A DNA stretch of 55,945 bases, from contig JBBQBG010000001.1 of assembly GCA_038317285.1 (NCBI GenBank), positions 1-55,945 of the forward strand, written 5' to 3'. Numbering within the stretch: the stretch's first letter is position 1; every line of letters begins with the position of its first letter. The stretch comes from Burkholderiales bacterium (GTDB lineage: Bacteria > Pseudomonadota > Gammaproteobacteria > Burkholderiales > Burkholderiaceae_C). Below, in pieces: positions 48,350 through 55,945 of this stretch. The notes under the pieces are model-generated. The model was not told where the DNA came from and ran no database searches. It saw only the letters and a program-made list of their open reading frames with translations. Position numbers and translations under genes: made by a program.

Positions 48350-48979
48350 CTTTTCTCCAGTGATAGCGATGGAAATTTCCAACCTGTACACAACAGTATC
48401 GCAGTTGAAAAGTAACGACTCGATACCGCATCGAGCGCGGAATGACATTCAACTTTCCATTCATGCTTGGACTCAAGTCATCGATATGTATGAATCACCA
48501 AATCACCTGTGCAGTTGATCATTCCACTAGTGCGCCACTAAACTCTCCACTTTGCAGTTTTTGACCCAGTGAAGCTTCCACTTATCCGCGCACGGCATTT
48601 GCGCATTCTTTAACTTTGATTGCGCCCAAGACCCGAAGTAAACGTCCGACAACAATGCTGAAGGTCCTGCCGTTAGATACCCTGGAGATCTCTAAAATTC
48701 TGGCGTCCTGCGATTGGTGCACAGCAACGCGGCAACGATTGGCACTCCTTCCAACATTTACGCGGCAAAAAGAAGTGCATCGATACCAAGCTCCCAACCT
48801 CAAAACCAACTCGCTCAGGTAGTCTCAGGTCCGGAGATCACGCCTCATGACGCCCCTTCCTCGCGGCGTCTTGGCCATTTGTGTTGCGCGTTCTGAATGC
48901 GGTGGTGATTAGCCTTCAGAGCGCTTTCCAGTCCGCCCGGATTTGCGAGATGGTCGTCGCGCTTTCAGGTCTGTGCTTT

Positions 48980-49480
48980 TCAGTTGATTGCCGTGGAGTT
49001 GCCGGTCGTTGGTTTGACCTGCTGCACGCCACTTCGCGCACTGCCATTGTTCACTGACCACGGAATAACGGTCGCCTGATCCAGGGGCTTGGCCTTGGTA
49101 AACAGCGCCTGCCAAAAGAAGCCGCTCTGGAAGGCGATCACTTCAAACAAAATATAGCTCTGCGAACTGCTGCTGAGCCACAGGTTGTAGGTGGGGTAGA
49201 ACACGATGGGTGAGACCAGCAGTGGCAGGATGATGCGCTCTACCTGCACGGCGTCCAGGCCCTTGCCCAGGTTGAACAAGTCCCAGTAGTAGTTGGAGAA
49301 CATGCCCAGCGTCATCCAGCAGGCCAGGTGCCACACGAACACAATGCCGTGGTTGCGGGCCAGCATGCTGATCCAGGGGGCCGATGATTCGTCGACGTTG
49401 ACGATGAGGACCATGAACGCACCCGTGGTGATAAACACCACGAAGTAAATGAACATCAGGAATTTGAGCGCTCTGGACAT
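48980..49480 (-). CDS. Hypothetical membrane protein
   Basis: Four hydrophobic segments; GGGGAA upstream of the start. Confidence 0.65.
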   Translation of the reverse strand: MSRALKFLMFIYFVVFITTGAFMVLIVNVDESSAPWISMLARNHGIVFVWHLACWMTLGMFSNYYWDLFNLGKGLDAVQVERIILPLLVSPIVFYPTYNLWLSSSSQSYILFEVIAFQSGFFWQALFTKAKPLDQATVIPWSVNNGSARSGVQQVKPTTGNSTAIN

Positions 49481-49533
49481 GAATTCCCCCGGTGTAATAG
49501 TTCGCGCTATCTTACTCGGGGTTCAGTGCGCTT

Positions 49534-50172
49534 CTAGATCAATTTCACCCCAGTTTTGGCCTGCACATCTTCGAGGCTGACGCCCGGTGCCAGCTCAACC
49601 AGCTTGAGCCCTTCGGGCACGACATCCATCACCGCCAGATCGGTGATGATGCGGTCCACCACGCCCACGCCGGTCAGTGGCAGCGTGCAGGTCGGCAAAA
49701 TCTTCAGGTCAATGGTGCCGTCTTTTTTCTTGGCCACGTGCTCCATCAACACGATGACGCGTTTGACACCGGCCACCAGGTCCATGGCGCCGCCCATGCC
49801 CTTGACCATCTTGCCAGGGATCATCCAGTTGGCCAGGTCACCTTTTTCGCTGACCTGCATGGCACCCAGGATGGACAGGTTGATCTTGCCGCCGCGGATC
49901 ATCGCAAAGCTGTCGTGGCTGCCAAAGATGGACGAGCCCTTGATGGTGGTCACGGTCTGCTTGCCGGCGTTGATCAGGTCGGCATCCACTTCGTCTTCAG
50001 TGGGGAACGGGCCAATGCCCAGCATGCCGTTCTCGGACTGCAGCCAGACTTCTTTGTCGGCGGGTACGAAATTGGCAACGAGTGTGGGGATGCCGATGCC
50101 CAGGTTCACATAGAAACCGTCTTGCAATTCTTGTGCAGCACGCGCTGCCATTTGGTCTTGATTCCAGCTCAT
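49534..50172 (-). CDS. scoB: 3-oxoacid CoA-transferase subunit B
   Basis: VNLGIGIPT, catalytic [14 protein letters not shown]. Confidence 0.93.
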   Translation of the reverse strand: MSWNQDQMAARAAQELQDGFYVNLGIGIPTLVANFVPADKEVWLQSENGMLGIGPFPTEDEVDADLINAGKQTVTTIKGSSIFGSHDSFAMIRGGKINLSILGAMQVSEKGDLANWMIPGKMVKGMGGAMDLVAGVKRVIVLMEHVAKKKDGTIDLKILPTCTLPLTGVGVVDRIITDLAVMDVVPEGLKLVELAPGVSLEDVQAKTGVKLI

Positions 50173-50174
50173 AG

Positions 50175-50882
50175 TCAGACTCCAGCCTTCTCGGTGATGG
50201 TGCGTTTCTCAATGCGCTTTTCAGGGTTGGCATTCAGCACAATGCGGTGCACATAAATGCCTGGCAGGTGCACCTGGTCGGGCACCATCGTTCCGGTCTC
50301 CACGATCTCTTCCACCTCCACAATGCACACCTTACCGGCCATGGCCGCAGCGGGGTTGAAGTTGCGCGCAGTCAAGCGGAACTGCAGGTTGCCGGATTTG
50401 TCGGCGCGGTGGGCTTTGACCAGGGCCACGTCTGGCACCAGGGCGCGTTCCATCACATAGGTCTCGCCATCGAATTCGCGCAGATCTTTGCCATCGGCGA
50501 CGATGGTGCCAACGCCAGTCTTGGTGAAGAACGCGGGGATGCCAGCGCCCCCGGCGCGCAGCTTCTCGGCCAGCGTGCCCTGGGGAGTGAACTCCAGTTG
50601 CAGCTCCCCCGCCAGGTATTGGCGCTCGAACTCTTTGTTCTCGCCCACATAGCTGGAAATCATTTTCTTGATCTGGCGGGTCTCCAACAATTTGCCCAGA
50701 CCAAACCCGTCGACACCGGCGTTGTTGGATATGACGGTCAGGTCTTTGACGCCGCTGTCTTTGAGCGCTTCAATCAGTGCCTCGGGAATGCCGCACAGAC
50801 CAAAACCGCCAACCGCCAACAACTGGCCGTCTTTGACGACGCCGTCAAGCGCAGCAGCCGCGCTGGGAAATATCTTGTTCAT
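50175..50882 (-). CDS. scoA: 3-oxoacid CoA-transferase subunit A
   Basis: [41 protein letters not shown]. Confidence 0.93.
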   Translation of the reverse strand: MNKIFPSAAAALDGVVKDGQLLAVGGFGLCGIPEALIEALKDSGVKDLTVISNNAGVDGFGLGKLLETRQIKKMISSYVGENKEFERQYLAGELQLEFTPQGTLAEKLRAGGAGIPAFFTKTGVGTIVADGKDLREFDGETYVMERALVPDVALVKAHRADKSGNLQFRLTARNFNPAAAMAGKVCIVEVEEIVETGTMVPDQVHLPGIYVHRIVLNANPEKRIEKRTITEKAGV

Positions 50883-50962
50883 TGCACCGGACTCCTGTGA
50901 AAATTCAACTGACGTACGATACTACTTATTTACCTACGTAGTTCTTCGTAAAGCCCAACCCT

Positions 50963-51517
50963 ATGGACATAGATTACCGTCTCGGCTTCGACCTGGCCCC
51001 CATCGGCTTGGCGCTGTCGCGCAACCGCAGCATCATGGACTGCAACCAGCGTCTGTGCGAGATGTTTGGCGCTACGCATGACCAATTGGTGGGCCAATCG
51101 TTTCAGGTGTTGTACCCCAGTGCTGACGAGTTTGAGCGGATGGGTGCACGCATCGCCCCCATTCTGAACCGCAACGGAACCTATGCCGACGACCGCATCA
51201 TGCGCCGGGTCGACGGTCGGCTGAAGGGTGAGGCATTTTGGTGCCACGTGTCTGGTCGGGCTCTGAACCGCGAGACCCCGCACGAGGCCGGTATCTGGAG
51301 TTTTGAAGACCTCAGCGCGCAACGCCCCGTCACGGCCGAGCTGACGGCACGCGAACGCGAGGTCGCCGCCTACCTGATGCAGGGCCTGACCTCCAAGCAA
51401 ATTGGCAAGACGCTGGATATCAGCCACCGCACGGTGGAGATCTACCGGGCACGGCTGATGCGCAAATACAAATCATCGACCACCGGGGACTTGGTACACA
51501 AGCTCATGGCGGGGTGA
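50963..51517 (+). CDS. PAS-domain LuxR-family regulator
   Basis: PAS domain (CNQRLCEMFG...DRIMRR...FWCHV) plus HTH LTAREREV...ISHRTVEIYRARLMRK. Confidence 0.92.
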   Translation: MDIDYRLGFDLAPIGLALSRNRSIMDCNQRLCEMFGATHDQLVGQSFQVLYPSADEFERMGARIAPILNRNGTYADDRIMRRVDGRLKGEAFWCHVSGRALNRETPHEAGIWSFEDLSAQRPVTAELTAREREVAAYLMQGLTSKQIGKTLDISHRTVEIYRARLMRKYKSSTTGDLVHKLMAG

Positions 51518-51577
51518 ATCTGGGCCCGCGGTTCAGCGGTAACCGCTCGGTACCAAAACCCCACGGCGATCGGGGAC

Positions 51578-51599
51578 TTAAATCAAACGATTGATTTAA
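51578..51599. promoter_or_regulatory. Palindromic TetR/CecR operator
   Basis: TTAAATCAAACGATTGATTTAA, near-perfect inverted repeat 20 bp upstream of the TetR gene. Confidence 0.75.
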
Positions 51600-51619
51600 C
51601 TAGGTTATCATCGCGCCCC

Positions 51620-52396
51620 ATGACCCTGGCTCCTCCCTCCCCCACACAAGCCAAGACCCTGCGCAGCGATGGCGTCGAGGCGCGCAACCGCTTGCTGGAT
51701 GCCGCATTGGCCCTGTTTGCGGAGAAGGGGTTTGCCAAGACCTCCACCCGTGAGATCGCGTTGGCTGCACAGATCAACATCGCGTCCATCAGCTACTACT
51801 TTGGCGACAAGGCTGGCCTGTACAAGGCCGTCTTCACCGATCCGCGCAGCAACCCTACCCTGCCACCCGAGCAAATAGACGACCCTGCACAGCCACTGGA
51901 ATGGGCGCTGGTTAACCTCATGCGCACGTTCGTCGAACCGCTCAAGCAGGGCCACTTGGTGCAGCAATGCAAGCGACTGCACTTTCGCGAGATGCTGGAG
52001 CCCACCGGCATCTGGCAAGAAGAAGTCGATTCCAACATCAAGCCCGCCCACAATGCGCTGGTCGCAGCCTTGTGCCGCCACTTACATCTGGCACAGCCGG
52101 ACGACGACATCCACCGTTTGGCACTATCGATTGCCGGCTTGGGTGTGATGCTGCAAATCTGCAGTGATGTGACGGCCGCCGTGCGGCCTTCCTTGATTGC
52201 GTCGCACGCCGCGCTGGACGTGTACTGCGACAAGCTGGTCGGTTATGCCATGGCCTTGACCGCCGCCGAGGGTGTGCGCCGTGCAGCGCTGCCCAAGAAA
52301 CCTGCAAAGCCCCATAAGCCAGCCTCCCCTGTCAAAAAAACTGTTCAGCCACCGACTCTGTCGCGGCGCTCCAAGCCACCCAAAACACCAACATGA
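51620..52396 (+). CDS. TetR family regulator with CecR/DUF1956-type C-terminus
   Basis: RLLDAALALFAEKGFAKTSTREIA...ISYYFGDKAGLY; REMLEPT. Confidence 0.9.
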   Translation: MTLAPPSPTQAKTLRSDGVEARNRLLDAALALFAEKGFAKTSTREIALAAQINIASISYYFGDKAGLYKAVFTDPRSNPTLPPEQIDDPAQPLEWALVNLMRTFVEPLKQGHLVQQCKRLHFREMLEPTGIWQEEVDSNIKPAHNALVAALCRHLHLAQPDDDIHRLALSIAGLGVMLQICSDVTAAVRPSLIASHAALDVYCDKLVGYAMALTAAEGVRRAALPKKPAKPHKPASPVKKTVQPPTLSRRSKPPKTPT

Positions 52397-53817
52397 TGAC
52401 AATGATGCCGCACTCTCTTCAAAAGCTCGCGCCCTTCGGCGTGGCGCTGGCGCTGTCCGCCTGCGCCACCTTCATGCCGCCCATCCAAGTCGACGTGGTG
52501 ACACCAGCGCAGTGGCAGGCGCCGCTGCCCCACCAGGGCACGGTGGTCTCATTAACCCAATGGTGGGAACAGCAAGGCGACCCGCTGCTGGTTGAGTTGA
52601 TTGCTGCGGCCCAGGCGGTCAGCCCTTCGATATCGCAAGCCCTGTCACGGGTCGAGGCATCGCGTGCACAACAAGCGACGGCACGTGCAGCCCTGCTGCC
52701 CAACCTCAACGCCCAGTATGCGGCCAGCCGCGGCGTCAGCCAGCCCAACTTTCCGGTAACCAACACCCAGCAGATCGGACTGCAATCGGCTTGGGAAATT
52801 GATGTTGTCGGCGCCAACCGCGCGGTAAGCCGCGCCGCGCTGGCCAATGTGGAAGGCGCCCAGGCCCAGTGGCACGACGCGCGCGTGTCGGTCGCGGCCG
52901 AGGTAGCCAATCTGTACTACAGCCTGTCTTCCTGCCGGCAACAGCTGGCGCTGGCGCAACGCGACGCCGCTTCGCGCGTGGAGACCTCCCGGCTGACCGA
53001 TATCAATGCCAAGGTAGGCTTCCTCGCCCCGTCCATGGCTGCCATGGCGCGGGCCAGTGCAGCTGACGGCAACAGCCGCCTGACGCAGCAAAGCGCGCTG
53101 TGTGACATCGAGACCAAGGGGCTGGTGGCCTTGACGGCCATTCCAGAGCCAGCCCTCAAGGAAAAACTGACTGTAGCCCTCGTCCATACTGCACAAGCCG
53201 CTCCTATTTCTGTAGCATCCGTACCGGCTGAGACGATTCGCCAACGCCCCGACGTGTTCAGCGCCGAGCGCGATGTCGTGGTGGCCAGCGCCCAGGTCGG
53301 CAACGCCAAGGCACAGCGACTACCACGCCTGGCCCTCAACGGCTCTATTGCGGGCATGCGATTGACCACCGGTGGGGTCGACCAAGAAGGCACCACCTGG
53401 TCGTTCGGTCCATTGGCGATCAGCCTGCCGCTGTTCGATGCCGGGCAGCGCGCTGCTGCGGTCACGGCGTCCGAGGCCAATTACGAAGCCGTGGTCATGG
53501 TCTACCGCGGCAAGGTGCGCCAAGCCGTGCGTGAGGTGGAAGAAGCCCTGGTCAACCTCAACAGCACAGAAGCCCGCACGCAAGACGCCATCGTCTCCAC
53601 GCGCGGCTATGCCGAATCCTTGGCGGCCACCCAGTCCCGCTTTGGCCAGGGCCTGGCCAGCCTGGTGGAGTTGGAAGACGCACGGCGCAATGCGCTGGCG
53701 TCCGAGTCGGCCCAGCTGGCCCTCGCGCTGGAGCGCAACCGCGCATGGGTGGCGCTGTACCGCGCATTGGGCGGCGGCTTCGCGCCTGATGCGGTGACCA
53801 AGACCGCGGCCAACTGA
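52393..53817 (+). CDS. RND efflux outer membrane factor (NodT/OprM-like lipoprotein)
   Basis: LSAC lipobox, WWEQQGDP, AWEID, RPDVFSAER, LYRALGGG. Confidence 0.93.
   Translation: MMTMMPHSLQKLAPFGVALALSACATFMPPIQVDVVTPAQWQAPLPHQGTVVSLTQWWEQQGDPLLVELIAAAQAVSPSISQALSRVEASRAQQATARAALLPNLNAQYAASRGVSQPNFPVTNTQQIGLQSAWEIDVVGANRAVSRAALANVEGAQAQWHDARVSVAAEVANLYYSLSSCRQQLALAQRDAASRVETSRLTDINAKVGFLAPSMAAMARASAADGNSRLTQQSALCDIETKGLVALTAIPEPALKEKLTVALVHTAQAAPISVASVPAETIRQRPDVFSAERDVVVASAQVGNAKAQRLPRLALNGSIAGMRLTTGGVDQEGTTWSFGPLAISLPLFDAGQRAAAVTASEANYEAVVMVYRGKVRQAVREVEEALVNLNSTEARTQDAIVSTRGYAESLAATQSRFGQGLASLVELEDARRNALASESAQLALALERNRAWVALYRALGGGFAPDAVTKTAAN
53162..53217 (-). repeat. REP-like repeat, copy 4, inside the outer membrane factor coding sequence
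   Basis: Reverse complement TGCTACAGAAATAGGAGCGGCTTGTGCAGTATGGACGAGGGCTACAGTCAGTTTTT. Confidence 0.7.
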
Positions 53818-53868
53818 CCTGCGCACCCCCAAATACCCATTTACTTATTGATGCGACGCGACACCACC

Positions 53869-55095
53869 ATGACACTCCAATCAAACTCCTTGATCCGCAA
53901 CCTGCCCGTCAAACCCCTTACCCTAGGCCTGATCACGGCCAGCCTGATCACGCTGACCGCCTTGGGCCTGTTCGCCACCCGAAGTTACGCTGCCGATCCA
54001 GCCAAGCCAGTGGTCGCCAAACCCGCGTTGACGGTCGCCCTGACCCAGCCCAAGAACAGCATGCTGACCATCAAGCTTGCCGCCAACGGCAGCGTCGCCG
54101 CCTGGCAAGAAGCCAGCATAGGGGCAGAGGCCAATGGCCTGCGCGTGGCCGAGTTGAACGCCAATGTGGGTGACACCGTGAAGCGCGGTCAGGTGCTGGC
54201 AAGCTTTGCCGCCGACAGCGTGCAGGCCGACGTCGCTCTGGCGCGTGCTGCCGTAGCCGAGGCCCAGGCCAACGCCGCCGAATCGGCCGCCAACGCCGAC
54301 CGCGCCCGCGCCGTGCAGGGCAGCGGCGCCATCAGCGCGCAGCAGGTCAACCAGTACTTGACGCAAGAGCAAACTGGCAAGGCCCGCGTGGCGTCGGCCC
54401 AGGCGCAACTTGACTCGCAACAGCTGCGTCTCAGGAATACCAAACTGGTGGCGCCCGACAGCGGCATCATCTCGGCGCGCATGGCCACCGTGGGATCGGT
54501 GGTGGGCGCGGGTACGGAGATGTTCAAGCTGATCCGCCAAAGCCGTCTTGAATGGCGTGGCGAGGTCACCTCGACCGAAATCGGCCGCATCACCCCTGGC
54601 ACTGCCGTAACGGTAACTGCGCCCAGTGGCGCGCAACTCAAAGGCAAGGTACGCATGTTGGCACCCACCGTGGACGCGGTCAGCCGCAACGGCCTGGTCT
54701 ATGTGGACCTGCCCACTACCGACAAGACCGGCGACAAAACCGCAGCGGCCAACTTCAAGCCAGGCATGTACGCACGCGGTGAGTTCGAGTTGGGCAGTTC
54801 GGGTGCGCTGACCGTGCCACAAGCCGCCGTGGTGGTGCGGGATGGCTTCAGCTACGTGGTGCGTGTCGGTGCCGACAACCGTGCCGCCCAAGTCAAGGTG
54901 CAGACCGGCCGTGTGGTCGGCGACCAGATTGAAGTCATCAGCGGCGTGAAGCCTGAGGACAAGTTGGTGGCCAGCGGTGGTGGTTTCTTGAGCGACGGTG
55001 ACCTGGTCAAGGTGGTTGAGGCCGCCAAGCCGGGAGCTTCTGCACCAAACAGCGCCCCAGCCCTCGCAGCACCTGCTTCTGCAGCTAGCAAATAA
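53869..55095 (+). CDS. RND efflux periplasmic adaptor (membrane fusion protein)
   Basis: ANGSVAAWQEA, VGDTVKRGQVL, APDSGII, FKPGMYARG. Upstream alternative start near 53848. Confidence 0.92.
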   Translation: MTLQSNSLIRNLPVKPLTLGLITASLITLTALGLFATRSYAADPAKPVVAKPALTVALTQPKNSMLTIKLAANGSVAAWQEASIGAEANGLRVAELNANVGDTVKRGQVLASFAADSVQADVALARAAVAEAQANAAESAANADRARAVQGSGAISAQQVNQYLTQEQTGKARVASAQAQLDSQQLRLRNTKLVAPDSGIISARMATVGSVVGAGTEMFKLIRQSRLEWRGEVTSTEIGRITPGTAVTVTAPSGAQLKGKVRMLAPTVDAVSRNGLVYVDLPTTDKTGDKTAAANFKPGMYARGEFELGSSGALTVPQAAVVVRDGFSYVVRVGADNRAAQVKVQTGRVVGDQIEVISGVKPEDKLVASGGGFLSDGDLVKVVEAAKPGASAPNSAPALAAPASAASK

Positions 55096-55101
55096 GGAGC
55101 A
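55047..55101 (-). repeat. REP-like repeat, copy 5, forming the adaptor C-terminus, its stop and the next RBS
   Basis: Reverse complement TGCTCCTTATTTGCTAGCTGCAGAAGCAGGTGCTGCGAGGGCTGGGGCGCTGTTT. Confidence 0.62.
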
Positions 55102-55108
55102 ACGAATT

Positions 55109-55240
55109 ATGAGCCCCCACATTCACATCCGTTCATTGCCCCCCGAGGGGGCGTTTGCCGCTCTGAAACTTTGCGGGACAGATCTTCAGCTCTGTCCTCA
55201 ACCGTTTGAGGGTGTCGCGGCTCGGCAGGAGGCAATATGA
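55109..55240 (+). other. 43-aa small ORF containing a CCCCCCGAGGGGGC (LPPEGA) palindromic repeat
   Basis: AAGGAG RBS, MSPHIHIRSLPPEGAFAAL...; its TGA overlaps the permease ATG. Confidence 0.4.
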
Positions 55241-55945
55241 ACGTCTCCGCCTGGTCCATTAAAAACCCGATTCCAGCGGTCATGCTGTTTGTGCTGCTGA
55301 CCATAGCCGGAATAATGTCCTTCAACGCCATGAAGGTGCAACAGTTCCCGGATCTGGAGCTGCCCACCGTCACCGTGTCCGCCAGCCTGCCCGGGGCCGC
55401 CCCCGCGCAGTTGGAAACTGAAGTGGCCCGCAAGATTGAAAACGCCATTGCGCCGCTGCAGGGTCTGAAAAACATCTACACCAACGTGCAGGATGGCAGC
55501 GTCTCGGTGACGGCCGAGTTCCGCCTGGAGAAGCCCACGCAAGAAGCAGTCGACGATGTACGCAGCGCCGTGCAACAGGTGCGCAGCGACCTGCCCAGCG
55601 ACTTGCGCGACCCCATCGTCAGCAAGATGAATTTGTCGGGCGCACCCATCCTGGCCTTCACCATCCGCTCCGCGCGCATGGACGACGAAGCGCTGAGCTG
55701 GTTTGTCGACAACACCATCTCGCGCGCCCTGCTGGGCGTGCGCGGCGTGGGCTCGGTCGGCCGTGTCGGTGGTGTGACACGTGAAGTGCAGGTTGCGCTG
55801 GACCCGCTCAAGCTGCAGAGCCTGGGTGCGACCGCAGCCGATATCTCGCGCCAACTCAAGATGGTGCAAACCGAGAGCGCAGGCGGTCGTGCCGACTTGG
55901 GTGGCTCTGAGCAGCCCATGCGCACGCTGGCAACGGTAGCTACTG
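55237..55945 (+). CDS. RND efflux permease (AcrB/AcrD/AcrF family), 3' part outside window
   Basis: MNVSAWSIKNPIPAVMLF...QQFPDLELPTVTV...PGAAPAQLETEVARKIE; GGAGG RBS. Confidence 0.93.
   Translation, partial: MNVSAWSIKNPIPAVMLFVLLTIAGIMSFNAMKVQQFPDLELPTVTVSASLPGAAPAQLETEVARKIENAIAPLQGLKNIYTNVQDGSVSVTAEFRLEKPTQEAVDDVRSAVQQVRSDLPSDLRDPIVSKMNLSGAPILAFTIRSARMDDEALSWFVDNTISRALLGVRGVGSVGRVGGVTREVQVALDPLKLQSLGATAADISRQLKMVQTESAGGRADLGGSEQPMRTLATVAT

Noticed and set aside
1-55945. CRISPR array, rRNA, complete tRNA or intact IS/prophage
   Set aside because: No regularly spaced repeats, RNA-gene signatures, full transposase or phage structural genes were seen.

Overview
GC-rich betaproteobacterial chromosome segment. 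Gene content and repeats suggest Comamonadaceae, probably Rhodoferax-like; this is an inference. Main blocks: (1) a C-P lyase phosphonate cluster (phnCDE ... phnN-DUF1045-phnF / phnGHIJKLM-acetyltransferase) with Pho-box-like and PhnF-operator-like sites, split by a ~5 kb scrambled accessory patch at 9.4-14.5 kb; (2) a glucose/maltodextrin region (glk-hexR fusion, second glk, TonB-dependent receptor, malKEFG plus esterase) with HexR-like operators, also interrupted by accessory genes; (3) several secreted or lipoprotein hydrolases, a LytS/LytTR system, MATE, Lrp, scoAB with a PAS-LuxR regulator, and a CecR-type TetR/RND efflux operon running off the right end. The accessory patch holds a decayed integron: the first codons of intI with a LexA box, an IS91-like HUH/Y2 transposase fragment whose ORF ends inside an attC site, and a toxin-antitoxin cassette with a second attC. 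It also holds an orphan tRNA-Asp 3'-end (att-like) relic and several gene fragments. A ~55-bp dispersed repeat occurs at least five times, twice in-frame inside the efflux genes. All calls come from reading motifs by eye; no database searches were run.
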